Positions 18,978-32,596 of a stretch of DNA of 64,000 nucleotides are shown in pieces. The stretch spans positions 1 to 64,000 of the IMG/VR virus record IMGVR_UViG_3300045431_000601. The stretch is one strand, 5' to 3'. A program made the translations under genes and the position numbers. The notes under the pieces are model-generated. The model made no database searches. It was not told where the DNA came from and saw only the letters and a program-made list of their open reading frames with translations. The DNA comes from a virus. Within the stretch, counting starts at the first letter, position 1, and each line of letters opens with the position of its first letter.

Positions 18978-19853
18978 ATGACAAATAAAAATAGACTAAA
19001 TAATATTTTAAATATATTACAAAATATATATTCTACAGAAAACGCTACTACAATAACCCCAACGAGAACCTCCTGCTACAAAGCCACTACGTCCTGGACA
19101 GCTCAAAGAGCTTTGGCGGCAATTAAGTACAATATAACATCTTTACAAGCAAGAATTCTAGGAAGAACACAGTGCGCTAGTCTTTCAGCCCCAAACGCTT
19201 CTTGGGGAAGACAACCCCCTTCGAATATAATTTGCACTAGGCATCTTCAAACATGTAATAGCTCTGGTTGTCCGCAAGATTATATAAATACCTCTTGGAA
19301 TTTTTCTAATGGCTCGGGAACAGAATTTTTAAATGATAGTTTTACCGGACTGAGCATTTCTTTTGGAAAAGAAACAACAGTCTCCTCTATAAAAGGCAGC
19401 AAAATGTCATACGGTTTATGGAAAAATTGTCCAAACACTGAAAAAATTAACGGTTGCTCTTTCTCAAGGGAAGCTTGCCCTAGAAGTAGCGGATGTATAA
19501 ATGTTAATAAAGTCGGTGCATCTAGCGTAATTTGTTCAAACTTTTTTAATCCTCAAACAAGAGAATTAAATAGTAAAACAGAAACGTTTTTTATTTCTGC
19601 TTGGGATAAAAGATATTTTTCAGGAATAGTATATAACTATGGAATCGAAATAACAATAAAATATAATGTTAATTTAATATTATCTAGTACGTGGCTTCGA
19701 CTAAGTAATCCAAATCATAATTGTGGATCGTGCGCTGTATCTCCAACAGATGCAGCAGTATATCTTTCTACTCCAGATTTTGATAATACTAATGATCTAT
19801 TAAATATAGCTCAAAATTTAAGCTTTGAAAGAGCTGTATCTTTAAAATTTTAA
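18978..19853 (+). CDS. Cys-containing putative virion protein, paralog of 19859..21109
   Basis: Shares TSW, CAS..PN.SW, WN...GSGTE, AWDK and IEI blocks; GTGTAA upstream. Confidence 0.65.
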   Translation: MTNKNRLNNILNILQNIYSTENATTITPTRTSCYKATTSWTAQRALAAIKYNITSLQARILGRTQCASLSAPNASWGRQPPSNIICTRHLQTCNSSGCPQDYINTSWNFSNGSGTEFLNDSFTGLSISFGKETTVSSIKGSKMSYGLWKNCPNTEKINGCSFSREACPRSSGCINVNKVGASSVICSNFFNPQTRELNSKTETFFISAWDKRYFSGIVYNYGIEITIKYNVNLILSSTWLRLSNPNHNCGSCAVSPTDAAVYLSTPDFDNTNDLLNIAQNLSFERAVSLKF

Positions 19854-19858
19854 AAAAA

Positions 19859-21109
19859 CTAGCCTTTTCCGATGGCAGCTAGCCTCATCGCAAAAAGAAA
19901 ACCACCCATAGAACTTAACTGAGAAATAATTTGATCAACGAGAGGATTCTCTCTATTAGGAGTTTCAGCAAAAGAAAGATTGTCGCCTTTTCCGCAACAT
20001 TCGTGATTATTATTTATAAATTCTGTAACAGTTCCTTTTTTATTATGAATAAGTCTCCATGTTAAATCAATTTCTATATTATATAAAAAAACATCGTATG
20101 ATCTTCTTCCATTTATAACCACTGAATTATAAACTTTTTTATCCCAAGCTGGTATAACAATTTTTTCTCGTCTAGGAAACCCAGGAACAACCCCTGAGCT
20201 AGATACATTTTGATTTAATAACTTTTTCCCTGTAACTTTGCTAGTGTCTTTACAGCCAGATAAACCAACGTTTGCTGCGCAACAATTCTCTGCTCTTGCT
20301 CCCGAAACAGGATAAATCATTTGTTTTTTAAATGGCAATTGTACAAAAAAATCGTTATTAAAAATTTCTGTGCCAGATCCTGTAGGTTGATTCCAAACTT
20401 TTTTTATAAAATCTCTGCAAGCAGATCCTGTAGAAGACGAATGGCAACCATCAAATCTGCACACTCCGTCAGGTCCTAATGCTCCTGTAGCCCAACTAGA
20501 ATTAGGAACCCTTGAACTAGCGCATCTAGACCTAGATACAGCCTTTGCGCTTAATGCTATTACCTCAATAGTAAATGAAGATGTTTCTTCTGTATATCTC
20601 CAAGAAGTGCTTCTTTTATTACAAATAGGCGGTTTAGAAGTAGGCGGTTGAGAAGTAGAGCTAGCGCATTGCATTGCTGTCCATCTATGTATTACCCCAT
20701 TAAACATTTGATTAGAATCACCAGAGACTCCTGAGGGCAATTTAAAAGGCTGACATTCCTGACCGCTGCTGCAATTTTGACAATTGCCATTTCTATCTAA
20801 GCAGCATTGAAAATTTTGTAAACATTCCCCAGAAGATTTAGTAAAACCAGGTTTGCAATTACCTGTCGGTGGAGGAGGGACAGAAACATTATTACATGAA
20901 AAAAATTGACAATTATTATTTGGATCTCTTGTTACAGTAAAAACTTTACCATATTTATCTATACATTGCTTTGTATCTGTAGGGCAATTTGGTTGAGGTT
21001 TTGTAGGTGGTTTGGTTGGTGGTTTGGTTGGTGACGCGTTGAATCCGCCACCAACGTTGTCTCTGCAAGTAGAAGGCGGAAAACATGGCCTAGATATGAA
21101 AGTATTCAT
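19859..21109 (-). CDS. Cys/Pro-rich putative virion protein
   Basis: PPTK repeats, small Cys modules (CPTDTKQC..RDPNNNCQF), C-terminal domain paralogous to 18978..19853. Confidence 0.65.
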   Translation of the reverse strand: MNTFISRPCFPPSTCRDNVGGGFNASPTKPPTKPPTKPQPNCPTDTKQCIDKYGKVFTVTRDPNNNCQFFSCNNVSVPPPPTGNCKPGFTKSSGECLQNFQCCLDRNGNCQNCSSGQECQPFKLPSGVSGDSNQMFNGVIHRWTAMQCASSTSQPPTSKPPICNKRSTSWRYTEETSSFTIEVIALSAKAVSRSRCASSRVPNSSWATGALGPDGVCRFDGCHSSSTGSACRDFIKKVWNQPTGSGTEIFNNDFFVQLPFKKQMIYPVSGARAENCCAANVGLSGCKDTSKVTGKKLLNQNVSSSGVVPGFPRREKIVIPAWDKKVYNSVVINGRRSYDVFLYNIEIDLTWRLIHNKKGTVTEFINNNHECCGKGDNLSFAETPNRENPLVDQIISQLSSMGGFLFAMRLAAIGKG

Positions 21110-23211
21110 TATAGAAGGCCCTCTCCAACAGACTGCCCCCCTGAGCCACTTCCATCGCTTCCACTTCCACCCGTATAATTAATTGAAAAAAGATAATTAG
21201 CATTATTATTACTATCCCAAACAGTGCTATTATTAATAATTGAATTAAACCAGTATTCAACAGCTGTAGATTCTAAAGGCGCAGTATAATTAGCGGTAAA
21301 AGTATTGTTCGTACCCAAAGTCATAGTAATTTCAGTTATATCTCCAATGTACCCAGTCGCATTTCGAGCATACGCAAAAAACTTAATTGAAGTAGCATCT
21401 TTAAGCGGACCGTTATTAGATTTATAGCTTATAGTAAAATTCCTATTATTAGTATTATTTTTAGTAACTATAATGACCGCGCCTGCACCAACAACCGAAG
21501 AATTGTAAATATCAAACCCTTCTTCTTCATTAAAAAAGTATCTATTTCTATATCTTCTAGTAAATTTTAAAAATTTCTTTAATTTTCTATTTAAAAATAA
21601 AATATAAGGAATATTGTTCTTAATAATATTCGAAAATTTATTAAAAACAATATATTTTAAACTAGTAATTGCTGCTTCTTCTGCAGTGTCAGAAGTGCCT
21701 CCCTTACCTCTACCAACAGAAAATAAAGTCTTATTATCTGTCACTTTTACATTTGTCTTTGCTATAGTATTTTTTTCTTCATCAACATTAAAAGAGGACA
21801 AAGACTCATAAATAAGAGTATCATTTTGATCAAAATTTCCATAATTAGCATAAACAGGATATAAGACATTTTCTGTCCCAGCTTTTTTATTAAATACATT
21901 TTGAATAAGTTCTATTTGAAAAGGAACGCCAGAAGGTATAATTCCATTCCAAACTCCTGTATTAAATGTTTTATTTCCTGTATATATATTTTTATACATT
22001 TGATAGAAAGCCGTGTCTTTAATTGGAACGTCTTGCTTCAAATGATCACCTAAAGATAGTGTATAAGGTCTATTCCAATCTTGAGGATAAAACTTATCTT
22101 TTCTAACTAATCCATTTAGTATTGCTTCTGTTCTAGAATAAACTTGATTAATCTGTAAGTCGCCACTCTGTATTACCCTAACTCCAGAATTAGGAAATAT
22201 CTTATTGTTTTGATATTCAGATCCAACAATTATGCCACTCACTGTAATTCCTGAAGGAATTGTTTCTTTTAAAATTAAAGATTGAGGTCTAAGAGATCCA
22301 TCTCTATAATTTCTCACAGTCTTCTTAATCTTTGAAGCCCAAACTAAAGTATTAAAATGACCAGTAATCGCTTTGTGAGGAGATACATAACAAATTTTTT
22401 GCGCATTTCCTAATCCAGTTGAAATTAATAAAATACCTTCTAAATCTTCTCTATTATCTGCATGCGCAAAAGATGTAATCTTAACTGGAACATTATATCT
22501 ATTATAATTCCAAACTGATACAGTGTTTGGATAAGATATATAAAAATTTTGAGCATTTACATTTAGCGTTTCTCCTGGTAAATTACTTTTTTTCCAAACT
22601 AAAAAGTTTTTATTAAATCTATTTCTGAATTCTTGAGATAGATCAGGAGCAAATATAGGATAGTTAACTCCTTTTTTATTATAAAAACCACTCAAAATAT
22701 TCGAAGAAAGTACTTCTGCTTGACCTGTTACTTCTGCTTGACCTGTTGATCCATCTGATTGAGTTTGAATAGTTAGAGGAGAATCAGAAAAAGATAATCT
22801 AACAAATGGGCTTTCTACATCAGCGCCTGAAAAATTAATGTTTTTTTTGTCTTTGTAATAAGATAGAAAAGGATTAAAGTAATTATTACTTATTAAACTA
22901 TAGTATTTTTTAGAAGGATTATAAAAAGATAATTGACCAAAAAGAGGAATTTCAAGATTTTTTTCTACATAAAAGTTTTTAGAAGACATTGACACTTTAT
23001 ATTCTTCATAGATAGAAGTATTATTTTTCATTTCAACAGGAGTTCTTACAACAATTCCTGGTTTGCTAAATCTTAAAGTCCCTTCATTAATAATATCTAT
23101 CTTAGAATCTTTTAAATCAGGATGAATCGAAGCCATCTGATCAACAATTAATTCTTTTGTGTCAACAAAATCAGGTACGCCTAATTTTTTAAATTTTGTT
23201 TGTTTGTTCAT
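21109..23211 (-). CDS. 700-aa putative structural protein with C-terminal carbohydrate-binding-module-like motif
   Basis: SG/TG-rich beta character; VEYWF...WDSNNNANY resembles the WDNNxGxNY end of starch-binding modules; 18-bp tandem duplication 22711-22746. Confidence 0.55.
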   Translation of the reverse strand: MNKQTKFKKLGVPDFVDTKELIVDQMASIHPDLKDSKIDIINEGTLRFSKPGIVVRTPVEMKNNTSIYEEYKVSMSSKNFYVEKNLEIPLFGQLSFYNPSKKYYSLISNNYFNPFLSYYKDKKNINFSGADVESPFVRLSFSDSPLTIQTQSDGSTGQAEVTGQAEVLSSNILSGFYNKKGVNYPIFAPDLSQEFRNRFNKNFLVWKKSNLPGETLNVNAQNFYISYPNTVSVWNYNRYNVPVKITSFAHADNREDLEGILLISTGLGNAQKICYVSPHKAITGHFNTLVWASKIKKTVRNYRDGSLRPQSLILKETIPSGITVSGIIVGSEYQNNKIFPNSGVRVIQSGDLQINQVYSRTEAILNGLVRKDKFYPQDWNRPYTLSLGDHLKQDVPIKDTAFYQMYKNIYTGNKTFNTGVWNGIIPSGVPFQIELIQNVFNKKAGTENVLYPVYANYGNFDQNDTLIYESLSSFNVDEEKNTIAKTNVKVTDNKTLFSVGRGKGGTSDTAEEAAITSLKYIVFNKFSNIIKNNIPYILFLNRKLKKFLKFTRRYRNRYFFNEEEGFDIYNSSVVGAGAVIIVTKNNTNNRNFTISYKSNNGPLKDATSIKFFAYARNATGYIGDITEITMTLGTNNTFTANYTAPLESTAVEYWFNSIINNSTVWDSNNNANYLFSINYTGGSGSDGSGSGGQSVGEGLL

Positions 23212-23278
23212 TTAACCCGAGCGTCATGGGCATGCTGCTTCGATCTTCTCAAAGCTTTCTCCAGCTTATGACTTCGAT
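23208..23278 (-). other. putative orphan 3' exon
   Basis: After the putative terminal G: AU + RSHKLEKALRRSKQHAHDARVK*; TGA overlaps the ATG of 21109..23211 (ATGA); frame closed upstream by TAA and has no ATG. Confidence 0.55.
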
Positions 23279-23515
23279 CATTTTGTTATCGCTGAAAAGT
23301 TTACTTTCAGCATCTTTGCATCGCTGCAAAGTTCAGACTATATCTTCTTGCTTTCGCAAGTTCGGGCGCTCGTGGGCAATATTATTGTTGGGACTCAATC
23401 GCCTAGTCGTTACACCTTACAGCTTATCTTTCCCAGCTGCCTTGGCTCGGTATAATCTCTTAAAGACTTCCACCGAATTCACCCAAAATGGTCATTTTAG
23501 ATAATAAAGAACTAC
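23279..23515 (-). ncRNA. group I intron catalytic core (P3-P9) without upstream exon
   Basis: P3 UUUGGGUG/CGCCCGAA; P4 UUCGGU/ACCGAG; P5; P6a GCAGCU/AGCUGU; P7 A(C)GACUA/UAGUCU; P7.1 GGCGAU/AUUGCC; P8 CUUGC-GAAA-GCAAG; J8/7 AAGAUA; P9 CUUUGCA-GCGA-UGCAAAG; extra P9 hairpin; putative terminal G at 23279. Confidence 0.88.
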
Positions 23516-23582
23516 TTTGTTTTACACAAAATTATAAAAAAATAATAACTATTTTTATTTTTTTTGTGTAAAGTATTATACT

Positions 23583-24137
23583 ATGCCAAATCTAATGCCA
23601 TTCAGAGACTATAGCGAACACGACGTAATTAATATGTTCGCTTGTACAGTAGAAGCTGCGAAAGGAACCTTAGTTAAACCTATAAGAAAATTAGAAAAGA
23701 ATTCGCTAGAGCTTACAGAAGACGCTCCTGGCATGAAAGCTAATAATATAGTAAATAATCTATTTCAATTAACTGGTCAAGTAGAGCCAGTATCTACATT
23801 TGAAGATGTTCCTACTGCTATAGGAATTATTCTTTACGATGTAAGAGAGAAAGATGAAAATGGCGAGAGACTTATTTTAAATCCAAGAAAAGCAGCAGAA
23901 ATGAATGTAGTACTACCAAAAGTAAATGCTGTACCAATCTTAACCAGAGGTATTATTGTAATAAACGATATCGATACCTCTAATCACGTGTCAGGCGGAG
24001 GTTTGCCAGAAATTGGAGATGCCGCTTACGTAGGCGATAACGGAAGAATTGCTACTGATGGTAGAGTTAAAATAGGAAAATTTCTAAGTCCTTTAGACGA
24101 AAATGGTTATGCTTTAGTTAAAGTCGATTTTGATTAA
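23583..24137 (+). CDS. putative capsid decoration/cement-like protein
   Basis: 184 aa beta-rich; GIILYDV, VPILTRG, GDAAYV..G, IGKFLS..D..G.ALVK pattern; GTGTAA upstream. Confidence 0.5.
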   Translation: MPNLMPFRDYSEHDVINMFACTVEAAKGTLVKPIRKLEKNSLELTEDAPGMKANNIVNNLFQLTGQVEPVSTFEDVPTAIGIILYDVREKDENGERLILNPRKAAEMNVVLPKVNAVPILTRGIIVINDIDTSNHVSGGGLPEIGDAAYVGDNGRIATDGRVKIGKFLSPLDENGYALVKVDFD

Positions 24138-25202
24138 TTAAAGCTTTAAATCGTTAAAATCTTTATCAGAAATATCCGTTTTTCTTGCGCCTATTTTATA
24201 AGATTGTAATTCTGTTTCTTGTGGGGCTGTTTGTACTTTGCTGCTGTCCATATAACTATCCATCCAGCCAGATATTGGATTATCTTTCTGATTAAATATT
24301 TTCTTATACCCCAAAGATCTTAGTCTATTATCACATAGCCACTTTGCATATCCACCTAAAACTTCGGCATTTAATCCAAGTAAAGATCCATTCTTAAATA
24401 AATATTGAGCCCAATCTATTTCGTTTCTTGCTGCTTGCTCATAAAATGCATATATTTTATCTTCGCTTTTTTTGACTACTGAAGTAAAACCTTCCTTGTC
24501 TTCTTCTTTTAGTATTCTAAGAAGATTTTGAGTAATACCAAAATGCAAAGCCTCGTCTCTTTGAATAAATTTAATAATCTTCGCATTGCCTTCCATTTTT
24601 CCTCTATATCCAAAATAGAAAGAACAAGCAAAACTGACATAAAATACAAGGCCCTCCATTACATTAACAGAAAGAATACAATCAAATATTTTTTGTTTTA
24701 AGTCTTTTTTATCATCTGAACCAAGAATTTTATCAAAATTATTTCTTATTAATTCTGCTCTAGAAGTAATTTCTTTGTCTTCCATAATGCTATCAAAAAA
24801 CTTACTAGCATCTGGATGCACATTATTTAATAAATAAGAATAAGAATAACTATGTATCCCTTCAAACCTTTGCCAAGTATTCATACATATTTCAAGTTCT
24901 GGATTACTAACGTAATCTTTCAGAGAATGAATGCTTCTAGAAAGCATAGAATCGCCTAGAGTTTGAAATTTTAAATTCGTATCAAAAACAAATCTTTCTT
25001 GACTAGCAAGATCTTTATAATCGCTTCTATCTTTATTCAAAGACACTTCGTGGGGCCACCAAAAAAATTCTTCTTGTTTTTTAAATAATTCAAAAAATAT
25101 AGGATATTTGAAACGGTCATATCTTTGGAGATTGAGATCTTCTCCAAAAAATAATGGTTGTTTAGTATGGTCGATATTTTTGACGTTCAGTACTGATTTC
25201 AT
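24138..25202 (-). CDS. nrdB: ribonucleotide reductase class Ia beta subunit
   Basis: FFWWPHEV, EGIHSYSY, EGLVFYVSF, IQRDEALH, APQETE. Confidence 0.95.
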   Translation of the reverse strand: MKSVLNVKNIDHTKQPLFFGEDLNLQRYDRFKYPIFFELFKKQEEFFWWPHEVSLNKDRSDYKDLASQERFVFDTNLKFQTLGDSMLSRSIHSLKDYVSNPELEICMNTWQRFEGIHSYSYSYLLNNVHPDASKFFDSIMEDKEITSRAELIRNNFDKILGSDDKKDLKQKIFDCILSVNVMEGLVFYVSFACSFYFGYRGKMEGNAKIIKFIQRDEALHFGITQNLLRILKEEDKEGFTSVVKKSEDKIYAFYEQAARNEIDWAQYLFKNGSLLGLNAEVLGGYAKWLCDNRLRSLGYKKIFNQKDNPISGWMDSYMDSSKVQTAPQETELQSYKIGARKTDISDKDFNDLKL

Positions 25203-25205
25203 GAA

Positions 25206-27464
25206 TTATAATTTACACGCACCGGAAGAGCAGTCGCAGTCTTCCTTTTGATTTATTAATTGCTCCTTATCTCCGTCATCACTATTATTATAGTATAGAC
25301 TAATTAATCCTAGACTATAAGCGTACATTATTTCTTTCATTACTTTGGCGTCTGGTAAAACATTATTTTCATAATGAGAGTAATTATAGTATACATTAGT
25401 TGATATCGCCATGTCAATATATTTTTGTATAATTGCATTAACTTTTAACAATCCAGAATTATCTTTAAAATCATAAGCTAATTCATAATTATAATCATAC
25501 TTTCCTACTCCAGGAACTAGTACTGGAAGCTTGCCCATTTTGCTCATTTTATAAGTTATTAAACTTCGAATGGGTTCTACTCCATTTGTAGAAGATTGAA
25601 TAACAGAACTGCTCTCGCAAGGCATACAAGAAGATAGCGTAGAATGTCTTAGACCGTATTTTTTTATATCTTCTCTTAACTCTTCCCAATTTAAATTCAA
25701 TTTTCTTTTACAAATTTCATCTACTTTTTCTTTATAGGTATCTATTGGTAATAGCCCTTTAGAGTATTTGGTTCTATCAAATTTATCGCATTTACCTTTT
25801 TCTTTAGCTAATTGTAGACTTGATTTTAAAAGATAATATTGAAAATGCTCCATCCATTCATCTAATACTATTAATGTTTTATCAGAAGAATATTTAAGAT
25901 CATTTTTCGCTAAGTAAGCAGCTAGATTTGTTATGCCTATTCCCAGGCTTCTTCTTTTTTTAGCAAAATTTTCAGCAGCAATATTGAAGTAATCTTGTAA
26001 TTCAATAATTTCATCAAGAAATCTAACTGTAAGATCACAAGTCTTCTCTAAGTCTTGCCAATTTTTTATTTCTAACATATTAACGGCTGATAAAATACAC
26101 ATACCAATTTCAGCTTCTTTATCGTGGTAATCATTTAAAGGCACTGTTGGATGTATAACCTCCGTGCAAAGATTACTCATTGTTATCTTATCTAACCAAG
26201 CTCCATGAGTATTAGCATGATCGACATTAAGAATATATATTCTGCCTGTTTCAACTCTTTCTTTAATGATAAGAGAAAATAGTTTGCGAGCAGATATTTT
26301 CTTTTTAATTTTTAATTTTTTAGATTCACATTCTTTATAAATTTTATCAAAATCTTTTGTGCCCCACGCCTCATATAATTCTGGAACTTCTACTGTATTA
26401 AATAATGTTATTTCTTCATCTTTTAGCACTCTATCATAAAATAATTTACTCATACCAACCGTATAATCTAATTTACGAACACGATTATCATCTGTTCCAG
26501 CGTTATTTTTTAATACAACAATGTCTTCTATTTCGTAATGCCACCATTGAATATTGCATGTGGCACTACCACCTCTAAGGCCATTCTGCTGCCAAGCTTT
26601 TACGCTACTTTCATATATTTTTAAAAACGGGATAAGACCAGTATGAACTACTTCTCCATTTTTTATAGGAGAACCGATGGCTCTAATTTTACTAACATCA
26701 ATTCCAATTCCGCATCTATTTGCAGTAGCCATACTAACAGCTGTAGCACTTGCGGTGATGCTTTCTCGCGTATCGTTAACTCCAATTAAGCAACAACTTG
26801 CATAATTTTTGCTAGGAGTTCTTACTCCAGCCATAACAGGGGTTGGAAGATTGATTTTATGTTTACTTATTGCATCATAAAATTTTCTTATATAAGAGAG
26901 CCTTATGTCTTTAGGATAATTTATAAACCCGTAAACTGCTATTAAAATATAAGTGAATTGTGGAGTTTCGAATATGTTACCATTTGTTCTATTTTTAATT
27001 AAATATTTATCACATAATTGTTTTATGCCAGCATATGTAAAATTATAATCTCTTTCGTGATCTATGAATTCACCAATTTTATTAATTTCATCTTCTGTAT
27101 ATTTTTCTAATATGATAGGATCATATATTTTATTTTTTAATCCTTGATTAAGAAACTCTAATAGTCTTGGAGCATGCTTACCCTTCCAAACATCTTTTCT
27201 AAGTTGATAATTTAAAAGCCTACCAGCTACATATTGGTAATTAGGTCTCTCTACGGATATTAGATTCGCAGCAGAATCAATTAGTAATTTATGAATTTCT
27301 TTAGTAGAGATACCTTCGTTAATATTAATTTTAGCGTTAATTTCAATATCGGTTAAGCTTACATTAGATAAATCTTTAGTTGCCCATTCAATGACTCTAT
27401 GAATTTTTTCTATATTGAATTTTTCTGAAGATCCACTTCTTTTTTTTACATTAATATCCTTCAT
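25206..27464 (-). CDS. nrdA: ribonucleotide reductase class Ia alpha subunit with ATP cone
   Basis: VKKRSG cone, ETPQF, PTPVMAG, ASCCL, SNLCTEV, C-terminal CSSGACKL; uninterrupted. Confidence 0.95.
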   Translation of the reverse strand: MKDINVKKRSGSSEKFNIEKIHRVIEWATKDLSNVSLTDIEINAKININEGISTKEIHKLLIDSAANLISVERPNYQYVAGRLLNYQLRKDVWKGKHAPRLLEFLNQGLKNKIYDPIILEKYTEDEINKIGEFIDHERDYNFTYAGIKQLCDKYLIKNRTNGNIFETPQFTYILIAVYGFINYPKDIRLSYIRKFYDAISKHKINLPTPVMAGVRTPSKNYASCCLIGVNDTRESITASATAVSMATANRCGIGIDVSKIRAIGSPIKNGEVVHTGLIPFLKIYESSVKAWQQNGLRGGSATCNIQWWHYEIEDIVVLKNNAGTDDNRVRKLDYTVGMSKLFYDRVLKDEEITLFNTVEVPELYEAWGTKDFDKIYKECESKKLKIKKKISARKLFSLIIKERVETGRIYILNVDHANTHGAWLDKITMSNLCTEVIHPTVPLNDYHDKEAEIGMCILSAVNMLEIKNWQDLEKTCDLTVRFLDEIIELQDYFNIAAENFAKKRRSLGIGITNLAAYLAKNDLKYSSDKTLIVLDEWMEHFQYYLLKSSLQLAKEKGKCDKFDRTKYSKGLLPIDTYKEKVDEICKRKLNLNWEELREDIKKYGLRHSTLSSCMPCESSSVIQSSTNGVEPIRSLITYKMSKMGKLPVLVPGVGKYDYNYELAYDFKDNSGLLKVNAIIQKYIDMAISTNVYYNYSHYENNVLPDAKVMKEIMYAYSLGLISLYYNNSDDGDKEQLINQKEDCDCSSGACKL

Positions 27465-27559
27465 ACAAAGTTAAAAATATATTACATTAGTTTTTGTTCT
27501 AAGAATAGTTTATTTAAATAAGTTACTAACATTTTATACATATAGATATATTTAGTGTA

Positions 27560-27885
27560 TCTCGTAAGATAAATTTAAACTTTTTCCCTGAGATCCTAAA
27601 GCGCAAGCTTTTCCCTTTAGAGGGGGTTGGATGGCATTTATACCAAACTTTTTCCCTTGAGTCCTAGAGAGTGTTGCCACTTTCTTTATCAACGCATTTT
27701 GCGGGTAGTTTCGCTCATCTTGATCGCGTTGATTCCCATAACTACTTTCCCAATGTTTTATTATTGGTTTAATGGTTGCAAAGCTTGCGAGAAGCAGAGC
27801 CATCATAGGTATAAAAACCGCCGTTTGACAAGGAGTACGACAAACCTTTTGCGATTACGATTGTTCGCTATGTTTTTATTATTTA
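27560..27885 (-). other. structured non-coding element with AGGGAAAAAGTTT repeats (candidate ncRNA, leader or replication origin)
   Basis: Largest unexplained intergenic region; GC-richer than flanks; several stems; three repeat copies; TTTACA-17-TATTAT at 27918-27890 points into it. Confidence 0.45.
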
Positions 27886-27937
27886 GTATATAATACAAAG
27901 TTTTATTTAAAATGTAAAGTTTTTTTGTATAAATATT

Positions 27938-27966
27938 TTGACTTTTAAATAATATTATTTTATAAT
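27938..27966 (+). promoter_or_regulatory. sigma70-type promoter (representative of a class)
   Basis: TTGACT-17-TATAAT. Similar boxes at 15047, 41417, 49611, 53215, 53862 (+), weaker at 39197 and 45407 (+), and 12914, 13885 (-). Confidence 0.75.
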
Positions 27967-27973
27967 ATTAAAA

Positions 27974-32552
<4,579 letters not shown>

Positions 32553-32596
32553 TTACACTATACAGGTATATAATACAATTATATAATAATAAAAAA

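Noticed and set aside
22353-22363. 11-nt perfect complement (TAAAATGACCA) to the ribozyme leader at 23489-23499, as a possible long-range P2
   Set aside because: It lies inside an intact CDS, no convincing U-G P1 helix precedes it, and an AT-rich 11-mer can arise by chance; worth rechecking only if homologs conserve it.
23196-23504. 102-aa plus-strand ORF
   Set aside because: Antisense shadow of the group I RNA; not protein-like.
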